A stretch of 64,000 nucleotides of DNA. Source: Azolla caroliniana (Eukaryota > Plantae > Polypodiophyta). The translations under genes were made by a program, and so were the position numbers. Below are positions 39,197-49,995 of this stretch, piece after piece (within the stretch, counting starts at the first letter, position 1; every line of letters begins with the position of its first letter). The notes below the pieces were generated by a model, which ran no database searches, was not told where the DNA came from, and saw only the letters and a list, made by a program, of their open reading frames with translations. Where the stretch lies: the NCBI GenBank assembly GCA_043228905.1, contig JBHGNT010000010.1:2418001-2482000 (forward strand), given 5' to 3'.

Positions 39197-39580
39197 CTAA
39201 AGGAGTCTCCCAACCTGGATAAACAGGTCTCCCAACTGTTTTAAAAATCAACAGTTGGGTGACCTGCTTCTTTTATTGAGTTGGTTGGGTGACCAACTCA
39301 ATATAAACTCTAAAGGAGTCTCCCAACCTGGATAAACAGGTCGCCCAACTGTTTTAAAAATCAACAGTTGGGTGACCTGCTTCTTTTATTGAGTTGGTTG
39401 GGTGACCAACTCAATATAAACTCTAAAGGAGTCTCCCAACCTGGTTAAACAGGTCACCCAACCTAGTTAAAAATAAACAGTTGGGTGACCTGCTTTTTTT
39501 TTTGAGTTGGTTGGGTGACCAAATCAACCAAAAATTTAAAAAAAAAACGGTTGGGAGACCTCTGACAGGGTTGGGCGACC
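39197..39580. repeat. Right subterminal array: 113-bp unit x3 carrying GGTC(A/G/T)CCCAAC motifs in both orientations
   Basis: ctaaaggagtctcccaacctgg at 39197, 39310 and 39423. Each unit contains the inverted pair caggtcNcccaac...gttgggtgacctg. Confidence 0.88.
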
Positions 39581-39728
39581 GCCTGCGCAGCTTTTTTTTT
39601 GGCGCCTTCTTCCTCTTCCAAATCGGACGGTGCAGATCACACGCGCCTTCTCTGAGCGACCTGCACCGTCTGTGGCCGCGATTCCCTCACCAGGCCTCTT
39701 TATGATTTGTGTCATAATAGACACGTCG

Positions 39729-40075
39729 GATAGGCACACACATACATTACATACATACATAGATAGGCACACACATACATTACATACATACATAGATAGG
39801 CACACACATACATTACATACATACATAGATAGGCACACACATACATTACATACATACATAGATAGGCACACACATACATTACATACATACATACATAGGC
39901 ACACACATACATTACATACATACATACATAGGCACACACATACATTACATACATACATACATACATAGGCACACACATACATTACATACATACATACATA
40001 GGCACACACATACATTACATACATACATAGGCATAGGCACACACATACATTACATACATACCTAGGCACACACAT
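39729..40075 (+). repeat. 33-bp minisatellite (about 10 units) between MULE-1 and MULE-2
   Basis: Unit gataggcacacacatacattacatacatacata, with the same sequence and orientation as 33100-33199. Confidence 0.93.
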
Positions 40076-40579
40076 GCTCGTGACTTTAACAACTACCAAA
40101 AAAAATTTAAGAGGGCAAGTGAGGGAATCGCGAGTGCGGACGGTGCAGGTCGCACCGTTGATGGCGCGTGCGATCTCCACCGTCCAATGTGGATAAATAG
40201 CTGACAGTGACTATCACTAGGAGCCCCGACTTTGTCACAAGGAGGCTCTGCCACGAGGAGCCCGACCAACTTTGGGTAGGAGCCCGACTCTCAAAAAAAT
40301 AAAACTAATAAAGAATAAAACAATGATATATACAACAAAAGTGAATAGGGTCGTGGTTATAGTTTTGTCTAAGATATGTTAGGTCTATGGTTCAAATCCT
40401 TTCCTTCTTTGAATTCTTTCTTTTTGGTTTTCTTCTTCATTGATTTCTTTCTTTTTTAGGGTTTCGACATTTGGTTTAGGGTATGTAGTCACTTTACACT
40501 TCATTTACATTTAAGGGGTCGTAATAGTGGTATTGAATTCAACACCTTAATTACTAAATGTGTTCATGGTGCCATAATA

Positions 40580-41646
40580 CAGTAACCATTCGGTTATGTG
40601 CGCGCCCACTTAAGTGCACCATTCTATTAAGTGCGCTTTTTATAGAGGTTAAAATCCCGATCAAAAAAATTACATTGTTCATGATGAAACTACATCAAAC
40701 GAAATTAAAACTATGTTCCAAACATTCAAAAAACAATAAAAGAAAGGAGTTTCTAACAAAAATAATAATTTAAAGAATTTGTTACGTGATGGTGGGTGGG
40801 GTCTCCTGGAAATGCACAAAGAGAAATGCAAGGAAAAAGAGAACCAAATCTCAGAATTGGTCTCTCCCGTCGTAGCGTTTGTGTGCGTGTTATGTGTTGT
40901 ATGTGTGTGTGTGTAGAATTGTGAGTAGGTAATTTTGATTCTCGTTAAAGAAAATAAACTTTCCTACTTAACCCAATTATCCTTTTCCTTTTCCGTATTC
41001 ATTCAATCTTAATTATGTTTCTTTCTTTCTCTCCCTCCCTCACTTTCTTAATTTTGTTTCTTTCTCTCCATCTCTCCTCCTCCCGCCACCGCCGCCGCCA
41101 CCTCCTCCCGTCACCACCTTCGTTCATTCTTAATTTTCTCCTTCTTTCTTTCACTCCCTCACTCCCTCCTCCCTCTCTTTCTCTTTCTGTACATCTCGTT
41201 TATTTTCTTTCTGTTCCAACCTATGCTTTCTCAGTTGCTCCTCCTCTCTCTTTTTCGGTCTCCTCCATCTCCATCTCTACTACGATTCCTCAAACCTCCC
41301 ACCACTAGGAAGAGAATGCAAAGAAAAATCTAATCATATCCAAGGAAGTTCATTAGGTAGGCCTAGCAAAAAGGCAAAAACTCAAGGTAATATGGAATCG
41401 GGAAAAAGTGATATCCAACAAGAGTATGATGAAACCATAAACATTTCAGGTCAATTATATCACATTAATCGATCACTTTTCTAATGAAGAAATATATGAT
41501 ACAAACAGAGAAGGGGAAAATTTCAAGAAACTCTAAAATTTTTCAAAAAGGCCCAATTTTTTTTAGAAAACCCCTAAATGCGCAGCTCGGTTAAGTGCAC
41601 ACTTCACCCATGCGTTCAAAGTGCGAACTTAACCGAATGGTTACTG
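40580..41646. mobile_element. Tc1/mariner-type non-autonomous element nested in MULE-2
   Basis: Perfect 17-bp TIR cagtaaccattcggtta ... taaccgaatggttactg, flanked by TA on both sides (40578-79 and 41647-48). Confidence 0.88.
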
Positions 41647-44439
41647 TAGTCTAAAAGGTGTAAATTTGTCATCATCAAACACTTAACCATGTGTTGTTGA
41701 TCGTACCTTTGTGCCCAACTTTCAAGAGCTCATTTGCCAAATAAAAATAGAATGGCAAGCACCACTACTTCTCCCTAGATGGCCACTTAGCTTCCACAAT
41801 TATTATATGATAGTTTCGCATCAACAAGTTACAACATGATGAATTCTCATCTTTTGTAATTGTAAATCTTTTACCCTATGATCCTTCTAATCTGCATCGA
41901 GCCCTTAACACTTTTGTTCAAGTAAAGTTAGCTCGGCTATGTTTGATTGTCACTTTAATATGCAACTCACTCATGTTCCAAGTAAAGATAACTCTCATAA
42001 TTTGGGCTTTTTCTTTATTATTTGACTTTATACCATGGAATACTCTACCTATGGATCATGAGCCAACATAAGAAGATATGAGTCCACCAATAGTTGCTAA
42101 CACTATTACCACCACCATGTTAGAAGTGAACCTGAAAAGTTATATAGCTTTTAACTTCCAGCAAAAAGATAAACATGGATACAAAACCTTGAGACCTCCG
42201 ATACAAACGATGCATTGGACGACCATGATGTATCCTCCAATTCATCTTCCGACATGGCAAAGACACCATGATGCATTGTGCTCTCCATAGATGGTTGTGG
42301 TCTATTACTACGGTGATTGAAGTGAGTGAATACAATGTGATTGAGAATGCAGTGATTGAAGTGAATGTGAGCAATTATGCCAATGAATAAAGTGAATGAA
42401 TTCAAATGAATGCCAATGATTGAAGTTCGAATGAATTCCATGTGATTGATAATGCACATGAATGAAGTAGATGATTTCAGTTTCTTCAATGATCTAGTTC
42501 GAGAATAATTTCAACACTTCGAGAATGATTTCAACTCTTAGTGAATGATCGAGAATGCCAATTGTTCGTGAATGATTTATGTGGTTTGATTAATCACTAC
42601 GGTGAATGAAATCAGTGCGAGTGATTAATAGACAGTGAATGAAGTGAATGATTTCAGCTCTTAGTGAATGAGTTCACCTCTTAGTGCATGGTAGTGACTT
42701 TGGTGAATCAATTTAGTACGATTGTTAGTATGATCGTTGCAAGCCCATCATTTCACGTAGTTGGGAACCTGCCTATTAATGAGTAGGGCTCCTCATTAAT
42801 CAGTCGAGCTCCCTCTTTTGATATGAGCCGGGCTCCTCATTGGAAAAATTGGAATGTTGAAATCAATTAAGCTTCCACGTCATTCAATTAAGCTTCCTCA
42901 TGTTCGAGTCATTCATAGGCTTTTCAATAATGATGTTTTCACTATCCATATTATTGGATTTGGGGCACCTAGCACCCTTTCTTACAAAAACCCTAAACCA
43001 TCATTCAAGTTAGCACACAAACATCACTATTTATACACAATATATAGTTGAGAAATGATTCATGCCATATCTCCCTTCATAGGGTATTGTTTCACCCCAA
43101 TCCACATAAAAGTATGTGAAGGGCTTGGACCGACTAACCATCTGTACAAACCACATGCCATTTTCAATAACCACCAATATGTCAATTGCATTCAAGTTCA
43201 AATTTCACAATCCAAGCACACTAAGAAATCGTCAGATGCATGCAACAATTTTTATTGATATAGCTAAATAATTGGGTGGAAACAAGTCCATATATAATAA
43301 CATATGAAATATTCAATGGAGAAATGTGGAACATGCAGGTGTCTCCAATAGCATTTTGAATATGGCATACGAGAAGCAAGAAGAAAAAGGGATACAAAAG
43401 GAGCCCATGAAATCAGAGACACCACACAAACATGTTATTCATGGTGATTCAAATACATTGCATATTAAAATGTTTGAAATATATAAATTTTCAAATCCTA
43501 CTTTGATTACAAAGCCTATTGTATGTCTAGAACCATATTTGAGAACCTAGTCCTCTTAATAAGATACCGATGTAGAGTGGAAGACTTCAAACATTTAGAA
43601 TATGGCATATGAGAAACAAATGGTTCCATATTCAAACATGATTTCCATATTTCGAAGGATCACGTGGAAGAATTCAAACATTTAGAATATGCAGGCACAC
43701 ATACATACATGGTATTCATTGGCTATAATGACATGTCCTCATGGTGATTATATCTATGCTTACAATGCTTAACTAATCTCTGCTACATAATATTATCATT
43801 GTCGTCATCCAATAGGAAAATAACAAACCTATTATGTGTAACCACATCTGTGTGCTTGAAATAATTGCATTCCTACGTATGTAAACATGAATACATAAGT
43901 GCTCAAGATAATCGTACCTTGTGTTGTAACTAAGTACGTGAGATAATCAATGCTTGAACAAACATATTTTGTGTTTCTTTGAGCTTAGTTTCATTTGGTG
44001 GAAAACAATGAAAATGGGTTGAAAGAAAATACAAAAATGTTATTTCTAATTCAACATTTTTTCATATTGATGGTGAAATTATAACAATGCATTTATATGA
44101 TACATTTGAAAAATGAAACAACTAAGTCTCTCACCATGTTAGAATATGGAACCATGTGATCAAATGTAAATGAAAAGAAACCTTAAACGATGTAAAAAAT
44201 AAAAATAACCATGAAAATACATACCTGTTATTGCTTTCGTTTTGCGGATCGAATGTAGGTGGTTGGGAAGTGCTCGCTGGCGGAAAGTGGTGCTCCTCTC
44301 TGATTCTTCCCTCCAAATACCCTAAAACTCTCTTTTAAAAATAGATTCTAAATGAGCGATTCAGGGTTTTTATTTTTTATTTTTCCCCTAAAAAACTCCT
44401 TCCATTAGTTATAAAATTTTACAAATGAGACGATTATGT

Positions 44440-44900
44440 ACAAATCCCTGAAGGGCCACGATAGTTCCATCTTATGTGCATGCCCACTGACTCAAGAAAG
44501 GGAGAGGACGACCATTGTTGGATGAAGGCTATTCGTTGTCTTTCAACTCCCTTGGAGCCATCATTAAGGCCATCATATTGGCTCTTCAGAGTGGCTACAA
44601 TTTCACTCCATATCTCTAGCAGTAACCTTTGTTGGATGTGCGGTTTGGTTGGAGAAGACTTGCCTATATCGTTGTTTCCATAGAATCCAAAGAGTTATTG
44701 GGCTGACCAATTCCAACACCTCATGAGATTTGTCATTAAGAGGAGTGGAGTGGACATTGTCGCCGGAGGAGAAAAAGACCTCTTGTGCTTGTATCACCAA
44801 AGTCATCCCCTCCTCCCGATGCTCGTATTTGCCAATTGCGGCCTACCATGATAGCCAACATATATTTCCTCACTTGATTGAGCCTTGCACTTGACATAAT
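44440..44900 (-). mobile_element. L1-type LINE 3' fragment nested in MULE-2
   Basis: Minus-strand LVSPITLWILWKQRYRQVFS resembles the conserved W-x-I/L-W-K-x-R-N-x-x-V-F motif near the C-terminus of plant L1 ORF2. Confidence 0.55.
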
Positions 44901-45186
44901 TGCAACAAGCAGCCAACCTCATTAATAATGAGTGGGGCTCCTTTTGACAGAGTCGGGCTCCTATTGACAGAGGTTGTCAGACAGCGGGGCTCCTAGTCGG
45001 GTTCTTGTTTAGTAAGCGGGGCTCCTAGTCAGGCTCCCCAAGAAGTGACGATTTCTTCGCGCGTTTTTTTCCCCCCACATCGGACAGTGCAGGTCGCACA
45101 TGCCCTCGATTAAGCGACCTGCATCGTCCCTCTCCGCAATTCCCTCACGTGCCCTCTTCAATTTTTGGAGGTATTTAGACACGTCG

Positions 45187-45228
45187 ATGTATGTATGTAT
45201 GTATGTATGTATGTATGTATGTATGTAT
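45187..45228 (+). repeat. (ATGT)n microsatellite at the right flank of MULE-2
   Basis: About 10 perfect atgt units directly after ...acacgtcg, in opposite orientation to the (CATA)n arrays on the left. Confidence 0.92.
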
Positions 45229-46105
45229 GCATGCATGTTCATGCTTATTGCTATGAATGTAAATATGTATGTATCATGTATGTGTATGCAATATTGTATA
45301 TACATCATATAAGAAGTTTTGTTCATCCCTTGTTAGGGTTAGAGTTGAATTTAGGGTTTCCTTTCCATCTCAGAGCGAGCGGAGGTCCTCCATCGCAGAA
45401 CAAATCAAGCTCGTCAGCAAACAAGAAACCCTATTCTCCATCTCATCTGGTACCTCCATCCCCTTGTCTCTTTTGCTTCATTTGTTGTTCAATCCCTTGA
45501 CGAGAGAGCATGTTTCCACAACCGATATTCCTTACGATTTTCGGTTTGTTTTCTGTGCTTTCCAACGTCTTTGTCGGAGCTTTTTGTTTTTGAAGATGTT
45601 TCTTTCGATTTTCTGTTCATTTTCATTTTTGTTCTTCGCGTGGTTTGATCTCTTTACTGAAGACGGCTTTTTGGAGACCTTTTCCTTCAAATTTTCTACA
45701 TTTCCTTCAAATTCTGCGTGTTCTGCAATTCGGTATCTCCATTGGATTTATTTTTCACTGCAGAGATTCCTTCATTTTGTACATGCGTGGATTTTCTGAT
45801 AAAAATTCAGAGCTTTTGATGTCTGATAATCCGTCAGTATTACGTTTCCTGTTATAGCTCAGTCTCCTGACTCGATCTTTTTTTATAGGTCTTTTAGCAA
45901 ATTACAAATTCCTGTGGTCTCTGTGCTTCAAGCCCTTGCTTCGTTTTCTGCAGCAAGTTATTCAATCATTTGGTACGTTTTTAGAGTTTCTTATCAAAAT
46001 TCTGACTTCCCCATGACAGACAATGGTTCAGATTTCTTGAATCCATGTTGTTTTCACAGATTACAGTAAATTCCAGTGTTTTGTGACTTAAAATCTGTCA
46101 TTTTC

Positions 46106-48040
46106 ATGGCGGACAATGCTTCTCTTGATGACGAACTATTGGCAGCTGTTGGAAGAAGCAGTGGTGGAGGAGGAAGCAGAAAACCACCGTTTTCTCGTTC
46201 CTCTGTAAAACGAGGAAGAAGTGGAGAAAGCTCTGATGAAGATGATTATGAGGAAGGCCCTGGCGAGTTCAAAGCCGACACAGACGAGGAAGAAGAGGAG
46301 GAGGAGGAGGAAGAAGATTCAGAAACTGATAAACTGCAGGGAACTGGCAATAGAAAAGCTTCTGGATCTAAGATGCCTCTTAAAAAGAGAATAGATAAGG
46401 ATGAAGGATTGGATGATGGATATGCCTCTGATGATGCTCCTTCATATGGTAGTGATCTGTATAAAGATGAAGCAGACAAAGAAGAACTTGGTAAGATGAC
46501 AGAACTGGAAAGGGAGATGATCTTATTAGAGAGAGGAGAGAAGAGAGAAGATTACTTGGCTAGGAAGAAGGCTGGATCTCGACAACAGAAAGAGATTAGT
46601 ATTAATGGAGCCACTAGTAGGCAGAAAGACCTTCAAACTCCTCCTTCATCCTCTCGGATGAGATCATCGACCAGAGATTCTTCTCGGAGTGTTAACAAGA
46701 ATGCTCTCAATAAGCTTATCTCTGCAAGGCAACAGAAAGCACACGAGTCTGATCAGAGGAGGAATAGTTCAACTAGGAGGCCATCTCCCCCTAGCCACAG
46801 GAGGAGACCTGGTGGTGATGTTGAAGCTAGTGATGAATCACAAAATAGTGACGATGAGAGAGATCGAGACCATGACAGGCGAAGGTATTCTAGAAATACT
46901 AGTGTTAATGATGGTGGCCATAGTGACGATGATCAAGAGGATCATCATGCTGATATCACTCTAGAAGATGTGAATAGCATTACCATCAAAAGATCTAAGC
47001 TTGCAAAGTGGTTCCTTGAACCTTTCTTTGAAGAAATCATTGCTGGATGCTTTGTAAGGGTTGGTGTAGGGTCGAAAGATAATCATAATATGTATCGTCT
47101 ATGTCAAGTAAAGAATGTAGATGCAAGAGATCATGACAAACAATATAAATTTGAGAATAGGATGACTCATAAATGGCTGAATCTTGTATGGGGTGATTCC
47201 GAAGCAAGATGGCAAATGGCTCGGATTTCTGATCAAGCACCAACTGTAATAGAGTTTAATCAGTGGTGTAGAGAGGTTGAGAAATCACACTCTCGCAAGC
47301 CATCTTTGGTAGATATAACAGATAAAAAAGAAGCTATTGCCAAGCTAAATACTTTTGTTTATTCTGCCGATCTTGTTAAGAAAATGCTACACGAGAAGAA
47401 AATGTCTTTATCTAGGCCATCAAATGTGGCCGCGGAGAAGGACAGACTTCTAAAAGAGATGGCTATTGCTGAAAGTAAAAATGACCATGTTGATATTGAG
47501 AGAATCCAGGTGAGGCTGAAGGAGTTAGAAGCATATTCAATGCAGAATCAGAATAAGAATGCAAAGGCTATGGCATTAGCAGAGATGAACAAGCGGAACA
47601 GGTTTGAGAATTTCAAGAATGCTTCTGAATTGAAGCCAGCAAGCCATGCAAGGGCTGGTGAAGCAGGATATGATCCATTCTCTCGTAGATGGACACGTTC
47701 ACAGAACTATTATGATAAGACTTCTAATGGTGAGATTAATGAATCATTGAAAGAAGGTGAAGATGCCAGTGCCATTGCTGCTGATTCTGGCAAGCTTATA
47801 GATACGAAAGCTCCTTTCACTGAGGATAAAAAGCTATTTTCTCTACATGATTTCGATCTTCCAATAAGTTTAGCGGGAATACAGAAGTTTGGCGGTGCGC
47901 TTGGTGCTCATTTGGCCTTCATTGCGAGGAAGCAAAGAGTTGAAGCTACCTGTGGAGTTCCTGTTGAGAACAGCGATGGGAGAAGGCATATGCTTACGCT
48001 CACTGTTAATGACTACAAACGAAGAAGAGGTTTGCTGTGA
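46106..48040 (+). CDS. VIP5: RTF1 homolog / VERNALIZATION INDEPENDENCE 5 (Paf1 complex, Plus3 domain)
   Basis: Intronless CDS. GSDLYKDEADKEELGKMTELEREMIL, Plus3 (RSKLAKWFLEPFFEEIIAGCFVRVGVG...YRLCQV), GYDPFSRRWTRS and C-terminal LTLTVNDYKRRRGLL. Confidence 0.95.
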   Translation: MADNASLDDELLAAVGRSSGGGGSRKPPFSRSSVKRGRSGESSDEDDYEEGPGEFKADTDEEEEEEEEEEDSETDKLQGTGNRKASGSKMPLKKRIDKDEGLDDGYASDDAPSYGSDLYKDEADKEELGKMTELEREMILLERGEKREDYLARKKAGSRQQKEISINGATSRQKDLQTPPSSSRMRSSTRDSSRSVNKNALNKLISARQQKAHESDQRRNSSTRRPSPPSHRRRPGGDVEASDESQNSDDERDRDHDRRRYSRNTSVNDGGHSDDDQEDHHADITLEDVNSITIKRSKLAKWFLEPFFEEIIAGCFVRVGVGSKDNHNMYRLCQVKNVDARDHDKQYKFENRMTHKWLNLVWGDSEARWQMARISDQAPTVIEFNQWCREVEKSHSRKPSLVDITDKKEAIAKLNTFVYSADLVKKMLHEKKMSLSRPSNVAAEKDRLLKEMAIAESKNDHVDIERIQVRLKELEAYSMQNQNKNAKAMALAEMNKRNRFENFKNASELKPASHARAGEAGYDPFSRRWTRSQNYYDKTSNGEINESLKEGEDASAIAADSGKLIDTKAPFTEDKKLFSLHDFDLPISLAGIQKFGGALGAHLAFIARKQRVEATCGVPVENSDGRRHMLTLTVNDYKRRRGLL

Positions 48041-49379
48041 GAGATCTCACCAGAGTATTGGGTTGGTATATATGTATTGGTGATATGGTCTGTTTTGGAT
48101 TCTTGAATTCTTATTCTTACTCTGAATGATGTCTAAGGGGATGGCTACGAGATCTCACTAAAATTCTATGAAATTGTGGTTTCTAATGTGATTGATCATG
48201 ACTCTGCAACGTTTGGGCAACCTAAAAATGGAATTTATATTGCAGACGGTCGATCTGAATAGCTAGAGAATTGATTTCATAGAGGCACAAAAGCTTTCTA
48301 GTGATCTGTACCCTTTGAAGCATTTGTCGTGGTAGATTCTATCATTTGACAGCCTGTAAATGGAATTTATGCAGCAGAATCTTTGTCTAAGTAGCTAGAG
48401 AATTTATTTCATATGCTTTCTATTGATGTATAGCTTTCAAGCGTTCATGATGGTAGCTTGACATGTATGGAAGCTAAAAATGATACTTTGTAGCTTAAAT
48501 TTTACTCAGAAATTTCTGATTTCTATGGCCTAGAGCACATACTTGAGATAATTGATAAACATAAGAAAGAACATTAAAAACTATTGCAGGTTCTTTTAAA
48601 TAAGTCATTCAAACCCATGAGAACTTTTAAATGAGAATTTATTGTCTTGTCTTTGCTATATTGGAATGTGCTATTAAGGTTCCATTCAGTAATACATTTG
48701 GGCATATGGTTATAAGTTTTCTAACCTTACTGCTGTAATGTATAACTTGAGGTTGCTTCTCTAGACAGTAATTTGCAAAGATAGAAACAAATGCTTTTGA
48801 ACATTGTTAAATCAAGATTTTGCAATCTGGAACATTTTGTTATACAAATTGTCGACTTAAATTTTGTAGATAAATAACATACAAACTTATGTCCATCTCT
48901 TCATTTGCGCTTTCAAAGAGGACTGATTTGTCGAACAAGGGTTGAGTTGGCACAATCAGTCCTCTTTCAAAGCACAAAATTTGAGGTTTCAAGTCCTTGT
49001 TGGCAAAATCTTAGTGCCAAAGAAGGATGTCGATGTAATCTTAGTGGTGTCGAGTGTTTCTATGCCTAGTATATGGAGTAGTTGGGATATTAAATTGTGA
49101 ATGTTGTAATTAGATAAGCAATTTTAGTAAAACCTAAATTTGTGTGTCTCCTATTTGTATATATTCTATACCTCTTTAAATAAGCTAACCATGTTCAAAT
49201 GAGTACAAACTATTATGGTGTTATGGTAGTAATTAAATTGGAGTTTTAAAGCAACAATAATTGGAATTCAAACCTCTCGATAGAACCTAGTGTTTATCGT
49301 TTCTAAAAGACTGATTAGTTCAATGGTTTAGACCATTGGATAGTGAATATAGTAACTTGAGTTAGAATGTCACGATAAT

Positions 49380-49995
49380 TGTTGCCTCTTCTTCTTTTGA
49401 TTTTGAGCCTTCCACTAATTTGAGCCTAGTAGCTCTACTTGAATATTGATATGGCCTAACTATTATACTTGTTTGATAGGATTTCCTACTCTTTCTTTAA
49501 TATGGGATTTCCTACTCTTTGTTCAACATCCATAGAGGCAAATTTTGATGGAAGTGAATTATGGTTCTATGGTCAAGTGGTAGAAGAGTGGTGGCCATGG
49601 TGTGCAAGGAAACAAATGTTCACTCAAATGATGTATTGGATGGTTTCTCTACTTTCTTGGTATGGTGAGTGGTCATAGAGGATTGTGATATTTTCTCCCT
49701 TGCTTCTTGTTCTTTTGATTTTGAGCATCTTCCACTAAATTGAGCCTAGTAACTGGACTTGAACCTTGATATGGCCTAACAATTATGTTTGTTTGATATT
49801 AGTGGATTTCATAAACTTGTTTGATATCCTTTGAGGCAAATTTTGATGGAATCGAATTATGGTTTGATCTATTGGCAGAAGAGCAATGGCCATGGCATGT
49901 AGGGGAAACAAATATTCTCTTGAATGATGAGTATGGAGGGTTGGTCTACTTTCTTAGTATTATGAGTGGACATAGGGGGGGCTATGATATTTTCT
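49380..49995. repeat. Diverged ~320-bp tandem duplication
   Basis: ttcttttgattttgagc...ttccactaa.ttgagcctagta...ttgatatggcctaac and gaggcaaattttgatggaa each occur twice (copies start at ~49390 and ~49710). Confidence 0.75.

Larger units (their letters stand above)
33200..39728 (-). mobile_element. Intact Mutator-like DNA transposon (MULE-1), 6529 bp
   Basis: Imperfect TIRs of about 120-140 bp (caaatcataaagagggctggtgagggaatcgcggccacagacggtgcaggtcgc at 33219; its reverse complement ends at 39709). A 9-bp direct repeat GATAGGCAC flanks it at 33191-33199 and 39729-39737. Contains subterminal motif arrays and an intact transposase ORF. Confidence 0.92.
40076..45186. mobile_element. Non-autonomous related Mutator-like element (MULE-2), 5111 bp, with nested insertions
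   Basis: Same termini as MULE-1 (GCTCGT... / ...TAGACACGTCG). TIR core gagggcaagtgagggaatcgcg...gacggtgcaggtcgc at ~40111, with its reverse complement at ~45114-45157. It has its own subterminal motif GGAGCCC(C)GAC at 40220-40290, inverted at 44930-45040. No intact ORF. Confidence 0.85.

Noticed and set aside
33200-39728. Helitron or CACTA interpretation of the hairpin-bearing ends
   Set aside because: No TC...CTRR or CACTA termini and no Rep/helicase. The encoded enzyme is a MULE DDE/SWIM transposase with long TIRs.
39536-40180. ORFs with repetitive MYVCNVCV/HTYIDRH peptides (also 32753-33221 and 45009-45500)
   Set aside because: These are translations of the CATA-based micro- and minisatellites.
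49310-49380. tRNA-like A/B-box traces (also ~40345-40400 and ggttcga motifs at 63540-63700)
   Set aside because: No complete cloverleaf can be folded; at best these are degenerate SINE heads.
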